Source: a virus (taxonomy: Duplodnaviria > Caudoviricetes). From it: DNA of 64,000 bases. A program made the translations under genes and the position numbers. Positions 53,047 to 62,423 of this stretch are shown piece by piece (within the stretch, counting starts at the first letter, position 1; each line of letters starts with the position of its first letter). The DNA lies in the IMG/VR virus record IMGVR_UViG_3300021400_000252, one strand, 5' to 3'. The notes beneath the pieces are model-generated. The model had not been told where the DNA came from and did no database searches. It saw only the letters and a program-made list of their open reading frames with translations.

Positions 53047-54891
53047 CTAAATACTTATAGAATAAGTCTTATTTTGTTCAGAATAGCTTATTTCTTTAAT
53101 CTTGAATAAACCTTCATCTGTAACTAATAAATCATCCTGAGTTAAATCTTTACAATATTTATAACCATTATTTGTTTCTAATTCTTCATATTCATTAATT
53201 TCAAAATTATCTGTAAAATCTTTTTCACCATAAGTAGTTTCACCAACAAATAATGTTCTAATATTTGTACTACCACTTGGAATATTCTGAATATTAATTC
53301 CAGGAACTTCTACTCTTTCCTCTTCATCAGTTCCATAATTATCCACATAAGCAATATCACCACCAGAAGAAAATCTTCCTGTATCAGTTCCTAATTGATT
53401 TAGGTGGAATCTAATACGACCATCTGGCCAATGCTTACATAAGATTGGAATAGTATCAATATAAGTTGAAATTAATTTCATATAACCACGACGTTCTAGA
53501 ATATAACCAATTAATTTTGTAGGTTTTAGTTCATTCATTTCTTCTAGAATATCGCCACCAGTACCACGAGGATTTTCTTTATCAACAACTGGCATTTTTA
53601 AAATATCATATAATAAAATTGACAATTGAACTGGAGAGCTTAATGGAATTGGCCAATTTAATTGTTCAGATTTAGTTGCACCATATTTAAATCTATTACC
53701 TTCTTCATCAACATTTGGATATTTTTTCTTAATATCACTTAACGATAATTTTGTTTTCTTTGGTACATATACAATAGTCTTCTCATTAGCTTCTGGAGTT
53801 AATCTCCATTGATCAATTAGTGGTTTATATTGAGCCATTTCAACTTCAACCTTTTCGTCTAATTGTTCTACTAATCTAGTATATTTCTTCTTTAACATTT
53901 TACCATATACTTCATCAACTTTAATTCCAACTAATTCTTGAGCGGCTGTTGCTAATAAAATATTCATTTCTACTCTTGTAAATAGTTTAAATAGACGTTC
54001 ATTTCCTTCAGCTAATAAAGTTTTTAATTGGAATTCACAAACTTTATTTGTCATTAACGCATCTGTCGCAGCATATAATGCAAAAATATTTGGATCAGAA
54101 TCAGCATAGAAAGTATTTAAATATAAACCTTCTAGATTATATTTAGATTGTGTTTTATCGATAAACTTAGTATATAAGTATTTCAAACCTGCTAAGTCAT
54201 TTTCATCAATTAATCTAGCTGCAAGTTGAGTATCGTAATCAACTGGAACTAGTACTCCACAAGTACAATAAATAACTTCTCTATCGAATTTACCATTAGC
54301 CATAACAATTAATGGACATGGAACATCTTCATTTCTTTTTAATTTATGTTCAATCCAATATTCTAAATATTGTTGTGTTTCAACTTGAGATGGAGCAGTA
54401 AATTCTGGTTGCCATTTAGAACGTAATTCAGCTAAAAAATTAAATTCATCAGCAATATCTTTTTCAGTTAGTTGCCAGTCTAAACGCTTTTTTGTATGTG
54501 GGTCTCTGTGGTTAATAGGAATATATGCTTGTTTACCACCTGGATAATGTAAACATAGACCAATTATTTTACAAGTAATTGGATCCAATGAGTTATTAGT
54601 TTCGGTATCGACAGCTAATACACCAACCTTACAAGCTTCAAGAATATAATTATGAAATTCAGTTTTATCTGAGATAACAACAATATTTTTCTTTTGTTTT
54701 CCTAAAACTTTTAAAACACGTTCATGAATAATTGAAATTCTTTCATCAATAGAGATTTTATTAGATTTTAATACAGTTTTTATATCAGATTCAGTAGCTT
54801 CTTTTGCTTTAATTAAAGCTAATAAATCGTTAATAGATTTTTTCTTATTTTTATTTAGATCTATATCATCAAATAATCCTAAAATATCCAT
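53047..54891 (-). CDS. polA: Family A DNA polymerase, N-terminal part (3'-5' exonuclease and thumb)
   Basis: AVDTET, NGKFD, YAATD, TGRFSS, NIQNIP; ends in an extra ~55-aa domain. Confidence 0.92.
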   Translation of the reverse strand: MDILGLFDDIDLNKNKKKSINDLLALIKAKEATESDIKTVLKSNKISIDERISIIHERVLKVLGKQKKNIVVISDKTEFHNYILEACKVGVLAVDTETNNSLDPITCKIIGLCLHYPGGKQAYIPINHRDPHTKKRLDWQLTEKDIADEFNFLAELRSKWQPEFTAPSQVETQQYLEYWIEHKLKRNEDVPCPLIVMANGKFDREVIYCTCGVLVPVDYDTQLAARLIDENDLAGLKYLYTKFIDKTQSKYNLEGLYLNTFYADSDPNIFALYAATDALMTNKVCEFQLKTLLAEGNERLFKLFTRVEMNILLATAAQELVGIKVDEVYGKMLKKKYTRLVEQLDEKVEVEMAQYKPLIDQWRLTPEANEKTIVYVPKKTKLSLSDIKKKYPNVDEEGNRFKYGATKSEQLNWPIPLSSPVQLSILLYDILKMPVVDKENPRGTGGDILEEMNELKPTKLIGYILERRGYMKLISTYIDTIPILCKHWPDGRIRFHLNQLGTDTGRFSSGGDIAYVDNYGTDEEERVEVPGINIQNIPSGSTNIRTLFVGETTYGEKDFTDNFEINEYEELETNNGYKYCKDLTQDDLLVTDEGLFKIKEISYSEQNKTYSISI

Positions 54892-54972
54892 AAAGTCTCC
54901 TTATTTATAAATTAAGAGTGGACTTAATAACTTATAATCCACTCTTTAAATTAATTTAATATTAAATTTAAA

Positions 54973-55890
54973 TTAGAAACCCCAATTGAAATTATTACGT
55001 CCACTATTATTAGTAGTTACTGTTGGGTTTGTTTGAGCAGGTTGTTGAACAGTTTGAGCTTGTTGAGCTTGTTGAACTTGAGTTTCTGTTTGAACTGCTT
55101 GTTGAGAAGCAGTATTTGGTTGAGAAGCTACATTTTGATTTACATTAGTTTGAGCTGTTTGAACTGTTTGTGGAGTTTGAGTTGCTTGGTTTGTTTGAGC
55201 TGGAGCACTAAACTTACCAGTTGCAATAAACTCTTCCATTTCTTCAGCTGTCTTTTCTACATATGTAAATCCTTTAGTTCTGAAGTTTGCAAATGCACTG
55301 AAATCCTTTGGAATAGATGTGTCTGGGAATACTTGAGGTAAAGCTACATCCATTTGATAAGTTGTCTTATCAGCAGTCTTAACCTTAGTTAATGTAAATA
55401 AGAAACTACTTAATGGAGCATTTCCTAAAGATACACGCTTAGCATCTAATTGATCAATGAATCCTGCATTTCTTTCCCAAATAGTTGGAACTGGTTCTGA
55501 TAAAGCTCCAGTTACTGGATCAATATAAGATACTAACATCTTAATATAAACCTTGATTTCTCTCTTCTTAATTACCTTGTGTCCACCTTCAGCTCTAGCT
55601 GCCTTACAGAATGGACAACCTTCATCTAAACACTTAATACTTGTAAATCTGTTCTTTAAACCTGTATAACCTTGACTTTGGAATACAGTACCATGAACTG
55701 TATTAAACTCAATGTCATCAACAGAATCAAATGCAAATCTTACTAATGCATTCTTAACATTACCTTCAAACTTTAAAAATCTAATACCAGGACCAGCATT
55801 ACCTGAATCACCGTTAGCTTGAGCAGCCTTTCTAGCTTCGTTTTCCTCTACCATTTTCTTGTATTGTGCATAAGTCTTAATTTCTGCCAT
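54973..55890 (-). CDS. Single-stranded DNA-binding protein (gp32-like) with Q/T-rich tail
   Basis: FLK...VRF...H...C....CPFC zinc motif; position in the replication block. Confidence 0.7.
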   Translation of the reverse strand: MAEIKTYAQYKKMVEENEARKAAQANGDSGNAGPGIRFLKFEGNVKNALVRFAFDSVDDIEFNTVHGTVFQSQGYTGLKNRFTSIKCLDEGCPFCKAARAEGGHKVIKKREIKVYIKMLVSYIDPVTGALSEPVPTIWERNAGFIDQLDAKRVSLGNAPLSSFLFTLTKVKTADKTTYQMDVALPQVFPDTSIPKDFSAFANFRTKGFTYVEKTAEEMEEFIATGKFSAPAQTNQATQTPQTVQTAQTNVNQNVASQPNTASQQAVQTETQVQQAQQAQTVQQPAQTNPTVTTNNSGRNNFNWGF

Positions 55891-55933
55891 AATTAATAAA
55901 ATATCTCCTTATAAATTTTTTGTTCACAATTAA

Positions 55934-56905
55934 TTATACAATGATAATTTGTGATTTTTTACGTTTTATCTCATTTGTACAATTATTTATAGCGTTCCAA
56001 AATTCTTCATAGTTTAATTCTCCGACATCTTTTTTGTCAAGAGGTAATTCTGGTTCATAAAAAATTATACTTTTAGATAAATTCTTTTTTAATGTCTCAG
56101 CAAATTCTCTACCATGAACATCATTATCGAACATAATATACAATGTTTTTATTCCTGATTCATTAATTTGTTCAATTTGTGATGGTGATAAATTTCCAAG
56201 TGTTGCACATCCTGGAATTCCAAATTGGCTTGCTTTTAAAGCATCAAATGGACCTTCAGTTATTACTGCTTTAGTTTCACCATCTCTTATAATATTATAT
56301 AATCCAAAAACAGGTTTCGGAACGTCCTTGTCTAGACAAAATGTTTTTCTATCTATCGAACGAGTGTGCAACATAACTAAATTACCTTTAATATCATAAC
56401 ATGGAAAAACTGCAAGTCTGTGTTCAGCATCATATTTAAGATTAAATCTTTTTGCAGTTTCTCTAGTAATACCTCTGGTTTTAAAATATGGTGTCCAATC
56501 CTTAAATTCTTTTAGAATATTTTCATCGATATAAGCTTGATACTTTGAATAATTATAATTTCGTTCAATATCGTCACCTATAATAAACTTCTCACTAGTT
56601 TTTACACCATATTTTTGAATTAACCATTGTTTTGCTTCTTCTTCAGAAGTCTCGAAGCAATGAGCCACAAATGTATAAAATGGTCCTTTACTTGAACAAG
56701 CAAAGCAGTGATACACTCCATCTGATTCTCTTATATAACAAGATGGTTTTTGTTCTCGACCATTATTATGCACTGGACACGTTACTTTAATTCCAGAGCC
56801 TGTTTTACGATATGAAGATAACTTGCCATTGTGAATTAATATTTTTATCTCATCTAATATTTCTATTATTGGTTTATCTATAACATAATTATCTACATAT
56901 ATCAT
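55934..56905 (-). CDS. dnaG: DNA primase
   Basis: CPVH...HCFAC zinc finger; TOPRIM EGPFD and FDND. Confidence 0.9.
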   Translation of the reverse strand: MIYVDNYVIDKPIIEILDEIKILIHNGKLSSYRKTGSGIKVTCPVHNNGREQKPSCYIRESDGVYHCFACSSKGPFYTFVAHCFETSEEEAKQWLIQKYGVKTSEKFIIGDDIERNYNYSKYQAYIDENILKEFKDWTPYFKTRGITRETAKRFNLKYDAEHRLAVFPCYDIKGNLVMLHTRSIDRKTFCLDKDVPKPVFGLYNIIRDGETKAVITEGPFDALKASQFGIPGCATLGNLSPSQIEQINESGIKTLYIMFDNDVHGREFAETLKKNLSKSIIFYEPELPLDKKDVGELNYEEFWNAINNCTNEIKRKKSQIIIV

Positions 56906-56917
56906 AATAACACTCCA

Positions 56918-58255
56918 CTACCAAGGCATATCTTCACTACCGATTTCAAATTTCTCAATAGAAGCCTTTTCAGGAGAATAACTATCTTCAATAGACTGAT
57001 AATCTTCTTCAGTAGCGATAGTATCACCTTCAACTGGAATATAATTAAATGTTCCTACATTGAAATCGATTTGATATTTTAATTTATCTACTAATGCTCC
57101 ATCACGAGCTTTAGAAATATGAATTGTAAGAACTTTATCTTGCTTTTCTAACATTAAAATTGTTGTTCCATATTGACTGATCATATCAGAACCAGCAATT
57201 TGAGTAGTATTAGGGTCAGCTTTCTTACCATTTTCATCAGTAGAACCAGTTCTGTTCATTTGAGAAACTGAAATAATAGGAATTTGAGTTAGTACTTGAA
57301 GATTTTTAATATCTTTTGCAATATTTGCAATAGCTTCATATCTGTTCTTAGTTTTATATTTACTTTCATCTTCCATTAATGAATACTGGTCAATAAATAA
57401 AATATCTAGATTATACTTTTTAATAAATGCTCTTAAATCAGAAACAGTTGGATATCTTCCTAACATATCAGAAGTTAAAACTTTTAAAGTACAATTCATT
57501 CCTGGTAATGATTTAATATATTGTTCATATTCTTTTTGAATAAATAAATCACCACGATTAATACTTGTATTTTGAATATTACCAAACATTGTATCTACAC
57601 GAGCACCGATTTTATCTTGAGACATTTCTCCTTCATAAAATCCAACATTTAAACCTTGTCTAGATGCTTCAACTGCCATTTTAACTAGTAATTGTGTTTT
57701 ACCAATACCTGTTCTGGCTGCAATAACTAGATTTTCATTTTGTCTATCAATACCACCAATTGCTTGATCTAATTCTGGTAGACCAGTTGAAATATAATAT
57801 TTAGATTTATCCTTTGTTTTATCTAAATAATGATCATATCTAGATGTATCTTGGAATAAATCAACACAAGTTATACCAACATTATTTGAAGATAAGCTAT
57901 CATAAGCATTCTTAAATAACTTTTCAGCTTTTTCAGATTGACCACTCTCTAATAATGATTTCATTTCATTGAATTGAACTCTTAAAAACTCTGCTTTATA
58001 TTGTTTTGTTAGTTCAGAAACTAAGAATGAATCTGGTTCAGTTACTTCTGTAAACTGAAAGTCTGTAAAAATATTTTTAAACGTTAATTTATCTGGTACT
58101 CTATTATACTTTTCATAATGGTTTTTGATATACTCAAATTCAGCAGTATAATCAAAGAAATAATCTTTTGTTAAATTATTATTTATGATTATTGAATAAT
58201 CACCAGTCTCTAAAACTTTATTTAATATTTGAAATTGTGCGACAACATTCACCAT
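56918..58255 (-). CDS. dnaB: Replicative helicase
   Basis: ARTGIGKT, EM, FIDQY, SQMNR, GSD, KAR. Confidence 0.9.
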   Translation of the reverse strand: MVNVVAQFQILNKVLETGDYSIIINNNLTKDYFFDYTAEFEYIKNHYEKYNRVPDKLTFKNIFTDFQFTEVTEPDSFLVSELTKQYKAEFLRVQFNEMKSLLESGQSEKAEKLFKNAYDSLSSNNVGITCVDLFQDTSRYDHYLDKTKDKSKYYISTGLPELDQAIGGIDRQNENLVIAARTGIGKTQLLVKMAVEASRQGLNVGFYEGEMSQDKIGARVDTMFGNIQNTSINRGDLFIQKEYEQYIKSLPGMNCTLKVLTSDMLGRYPTVSDLRAFIKKYNLDILFIDQYSLMEDESKYKTKNRYEAIANIAKDIKNLQVLTQIPIISVSQMNRTGSTDENGKKADPNTTQIAGSDMISQYGTTILMLEKQDKVLTIHISKARDGALVDKLKYQIDFNVGTFNYIPVEGDTIATEEDYQSIEDSYSPEKASIEKFEIGSEDMPW

Positions 58256-58261
58256 ATTAAA

Positions 58262-58957
58262 CTATTCTTCTCCTTTCGCTAAAGCTAAATTACGTTTATC
58301 AGTTCCGAATAATTCAATATTTTCACTTAAATTACAAATTCTACTACATAAACGACTTCCTAAAGACACAATAGCTTCTTTAGGTGTTAAATTAGATGTG
58401 TATATATTTGACTTACCGTAAGAAATTCTATTATCAATTAAATTTAATAAATAATTTGCTTCAAAATCTGTACTAGGTTTTGCTGCAATATCATCCCAGA
58501 CAACTAAATCTGCTTCTAGAATGTTCTTTTTAATAAAATCTATATATTCATTTGGTTCATCAAAACTAGCTTTTAATTCGATTAAAAACTTTGGTACACT
58601 AATAAACATTGCACGACATTTAGTATCAGATTTTAACCAAATCTTATTAAAGAAAGATTGAATTAATCTTATAGACCAACTTGTTTTTCCATTACCAGAT
58701 ATTTTAGAATATAAATATAATGAACGTCCATCATTAATAAAATCTAAAATATTGTCTGAAATACTTGCTAAACGTTTGTAAGCATCTAAATCTTTTCTAT
58801 CTAATGGACTATCTCCAATAAGAGTTAATTCAATATGATTCTTTTGTCGTTCTGTTAATAACGAATAGTCATAAAGAACATCTGTCTTAAATTTTCTAAG
58901 ACAGAATTCTTTATCACAATCTTTGTGACTACAGTTATTATATAAATAACACTTCAC
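58262..58957 (-). CDS. DnaC/IstB-like helicase loader ATPase
   Basis: SGNGKTS, LVVWDDI, IYTSN, SRI. Confidence 0.85.
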   Translation of the reverse strand: MKCYLYNNCSHKDCDKEFCLRKFKTDVLYDYSLLTERQKNHIELTLIGDSPLDRKDLDAYKRLASISDNILDFINDGRSLYLYSKISGNGKTSWSIRLIQSFFNKIWLKSDTKCRAMFISVPKFLIELKASFDEPNEYIDFIKKNILEADLVVWDDIAAKPSTDFEANYLLNLIDNRISYGKSNIYTSNLTPKEAIVSLGSRLCSRICNLSENIELFGTDKRNLALAKGEE

Positions 58958-58973
58958 AACAATACCTCCTAAA

Positions 58974-59525
58974 TTAATTTAGTCCAGTACTTCCAAATCC
59001 ACCATCGCCTCTTGAAGACTTTTCAGTAAAGAACTCATCTGGAGTTAATCCAGAATAAACTTTTGCGCCATTACCAATCTTTACTTCTACCATTTGCATG
59101 ATTTTTTCATCACATTTAATTGTTTGATACTCATCTGAAGTATTAATTACATGATAATGAATTATTCCTTGATAAGAATAATCAATAATACAAGCTCCAA
59201 CAACTAATTTCTTCTTAGTTGCGATACCAGACTTATTAAAATCGATTAAAGCTGAATCACTTGGAATCTTCATATATAATCCAGATGGGATTAATAAATC
59301 AGAATGTGGTGCAATAGTAATTTCACCAGTGGCTAAAGTAAAATAAGAAGTATTATCTGGTACTTCACTAGCCTCATTTAGAAATAATTTTGGATTTTTC
59401 TCAAATAACTTTGCTCTAAATTCCTTAGTGTTAGCAGGAATAAAGCCATCTATACCAGCATTAGCTGGAAATTCGAACTTAGGTTCCTTAACTTGATATT
59501 CATTTGTTAATAAAAATTCTACCAT
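58974..59525 (-). CDS. dut: Trimeric dUTPase
   Basis: AGID, KSG, IDYSYQG, RGDGGFGSTG. Confidence 0.92.
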   Translation of the reverse strand: MVEFLLTNEYQVKEPKFEFPANAGIDGFIPANTKEFRAKLFEKNPKLFLNEASEVPDNTSYFTLATGEITIAPHSDLLIPSGLYMKIPSDSALIDFNKSGIATKKKLVVGACIIDYSYQGIIHYHVINTSDEYQTIKCDEKIMQMVEVKIGNGAKVYSGLTPDEFFTEKSSRGDGGFGSTGLN

Positions 59526-59620
59526 ATTAAATCCTTTCATATTTTATTTTAATATACATTAAATAATACAATAAAAAAACCACTACTTAAGAAAATAGTG
59601 GTAATTTTTAATTTAAAATA

Positions 59621-61228
59621 TTAAAATTGATCTAAATAACCTTTGCTTAAATCTTTTTCTAATTCGTAATCTGTATTATCTAAATCTTCATTAATTAAAT
59701 CATCAAAAATAAAATCATAATTAGGTTTTTTACCTAGCTCTTCTAAGAATTTAGAACGATAAAACATTTTAATTGAATCTATAATATCTTGAGCTGTATA
59801 ACCATCTCAAGCTTTATAGACTTTACTTTGTTCTGTTTGAGTACTTACTTGAACTTCTCGTGACTTATTTAAAACTTGTTCTAGCCAATGTTCTAAAACA
59901 TTATATTGAGTAGTTGTTAAATTATTATTAGGAAGTACACAGTAAGGAAGGATCCAAGAATCTTTACCACCACGACGTCTAATACGAACACAATTTATTG
60001 CATCCATAAACTGACTTCCATCACCATAGTCTAATTCATTAAGTTTTTGTCCATCTTTTAAACTAATATATCCAGCTCTAATTAAATATTTATCTATATC
60101 TGTGTGATTTTGTGTTTTAATTATAGTACCATCTGGCATTATATAGAAACCACCAGTAGTAATATCTCCATTATAACCATAGAAAGACTTAATTTTATCA
60201 ATACAATCATCTTGATTTGCTAAAGCTTTAGATATATCTAACTTATTCCAATATTCTTCTGTTAAATCTTCTAAATCATTATTTTTAGAAATATTTTCTT
60301 CAGTTTTACCTTTATATTTAATGTCATAAACATCAGACACTTTATACATTCCTAAAAGGTCTGTATCTTTAACTTCATCTGGGTTTTTTAGTTCAAATTT
60401 TAGAATTGATCTATAGATATTTTCTTTTTCAGCCTCAGCGACCTGTTCAATTTGATTAATTTTTTGTTTTATATCTAAGTCAGGACATTCGAAAAAATTT
60501 TTCCAAGAATAGCCAGTTCCATTTTCATTCTGTAATGCGCATCTTCAAACTAAAGTAAATGGATTACTCTTACTATCTTTTAATATAAATCCTAAAGTAA
60601 CAATTACGTCATTTTTTAAGTTAGTTTTACTACTTAATGCACGTAAATGCATTGGTAATTTAGTTGCTTTGAGGTCGGCTTTATTTCCAACCATCTTAAC
60701 TTCAACTCATAATCTTCTCGTTTCATTTTTTATTGTATCTGTATCAACAAAAACTAGATCTGGAACACCATAAGTTTTTGTGTTTCCAAAAGTTGTATGA
60801 GTATTGTTTTTTGAATCATTATCTAAGTTTGAATCAGAATTTGGATTTGTTAATTGATTATAAACAGCATCTCCATAAAAACATTTTCCTAAAGAACTTA
60901 GTTTAGTTTCAAAAGCATTTAATAATTTTGATTCGACGATATAAGCGTTATATAAAAATTGAAAACGTTTCCACCATTCCATATTATTAAATGGAGGTCT
61001 ATTTGGGATTGTTTGAGCAAGTGTTTTTATCTTTTTTGCTATTTCTTCAGGAACTTGCATTAAATCATGTCCAGATTTTGTTCGAGAAGCTGGATTTTCA
61101 CTCGATCCAGTCCATGCAAATTCGCCATTTTTAAAAATAGCTTCAAATGCATTAAAAACGTCTTCATATTTTAGTAATTGATCATCTAAAAAATCACTTG
61201 TATTTTCTTCTTGTTCTACAAATTTCAT
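59621..61228 (-). CDS. 535-aa fusion: putative PD-(D/E)xK nuclease domain plus paralogue of 16453 (TGA 60707, 60545, 59807 read through)
   Basis: Continuous frame from ATG 61228 to TAA 59621; VPDLVF...L[TGA]VEVK; class B motif at 61267-61275 (-). Confidence 0.75.
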
Positions 61229-61291
61229 AATAGTATCTCGCGATCTATAAAATATAATATGTATATAATTTAGCAAAATAAAAAAGAGGCA

Positions 61292-62380
61292 TTAAGCCTC
61301 TTTAATATGTTCATCGAAGAACTTATGGCAATAAGTACAAGTCTCACCACATACATAATCATCACAATTATGTTCTGTATTAATGAAGAAATCAATAAAA
61401 CCATCTAATTTCTTATTATCGATATAGAATAATGGATCATGTTCAGCCTCAGTCTTTCCATCTGTAATAGATTCAAGTGGCTTCCATAATTCAATCAAAT
61501 TACCTTCAAAGTTCTCAGTAATATATGCTCTTGCAATCTTAGTAATATATTCAGTTGTTCCAGTTCTACCAGTTACTTTAAAGTGATTAATTCCAATTGC
61601 ATGATACTTCTTAATATCTTCTGGTCTAATCCAACGAGAACGAATCCAAGTTACAATATCCTTAGATCTAGATTGAGTACAGAATTTCATTGGATATTCA
61701 TCTAATAACATCGCATCTTCTCTAGTATGGTTAGTTGCATGACACATATAACAAGAATCTCTATAAATACAATGTGTTGTATAACCATTACCAGCAACAG
61801 CACAGAATTCATTTGCCATTAATTCAAAGATAATATTATTCTTATTACAATAGTCTGCAGCAGCCTTTAAGAATTTAAAGTTTCTATTCTTATTTAAATT
61901 ACAACAGAACTTATTTACTTTGTAAACATCATGGTAATACTTAATTTGAGTTACAGCATCAATATGAGCAATTGTAGATAATTCAATTTCAATATTTGAA
62001 TGAGCTTTATTTCTAATAATCTCAAGCATAATTGGATTAGCAATAGTGATTCTATAAACACCAATTCTCTCTAACCAATGTACAAAATCAATAATTTCTT
62101 GTTCATGATAAGCAATTTGAACTTTAGAACCGTAAGGATAAATTGAATTCATAGTATAATTAAAATTAATACCATTTTCCTTTGCTTTCTTTACGAATTC
62201 TTCAAAATATTCAGCTGAAATATCTTGTACTCTAAATTCAGGTCTTGCAGTTAAAGCTGCATGAGCTCTATCACTACCATAAACTTCTGTAATTTGAACT
62301 TCTGGATTAATCTTATTTAATTCAATAATTTCATCTAATAACTTCATGTCGAAGTTGCATCCTAGTTTATATTCTATCAT
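61292..62380 (-). CDS. U32-peptidase-family (Fe-S) protein
   Basis: FNYTMN, LSTIAH, NEFC..C...C, IRPED, FKVTGR; Cys-rich tail. Confidence 0.75.
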   Translation of the reverse strand: MIEYKLGCNFDMKLLDEIIELNKINPEVQITEVYGSDRAHAALTARPEFRVQDISAEYFEEFVKKAKENGINFNYTMNSIYPYGSKVQIAYHEQEIIDFVHWLERIGVYRITIANPIMLEIIRNKAHSNIEIELSTIAHIDAVTQIKYYHDVYKVNKFCCNLNKNRNFKFLKAAADYCNKNNIIFELMANEFCAVAGNGYTTHCIYRDSCYMCHATNHTREDAMLLDEYPMKFCTQSRSKDIVTWIRSRWIRPEDIKKYHAIGINHFKVTGRTGTTEYITKIARAYITENFEGNLIELWKPLESITDGKTEAEHDPLFYIDNKKLDGFIDFFINTEHNCDDYVCGETCTYCHKFFDEHIKEA

Positions 62381-62423
62381 GTTTTACACCTCATTTTAAT
62401 TTATATTATATTATACATTACTT

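Noticed and set aside
53030-53220. Functional split intein, group I intron or programmed frameshift joining the polA halves
   Set aside because: No Cys/Ser start or His-Asn end, only 10 nt between the genes, and a strong RBS for gene 2; kept only as a degenerate Hint-like hypothesis
54990-55200. Low-complexity repeat region as an origin or ncRNA
   Set aside because: Explained by the Gln/Thr/Ala-rich linker of the SSB-like protein
187-55341. Short overlapping ORFs in the track (e.g. 187, 405, 8341, 11128, 11507, 17284, 24071, 27998, 29642, 29697, 30613, 32856, 32893, 37473, 39309, 39616, 40567, 55033)
   Set aside because: Shadow frames of longer well-supported genes, with no RBS or recognisable motifs
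3185-61228. Calling the TGA-interrupted genes pseudogenes
   Set aside because: Every interruption is TGA, frames continue cleanly with no frameshifts, and essential motifs span or follow the TGA
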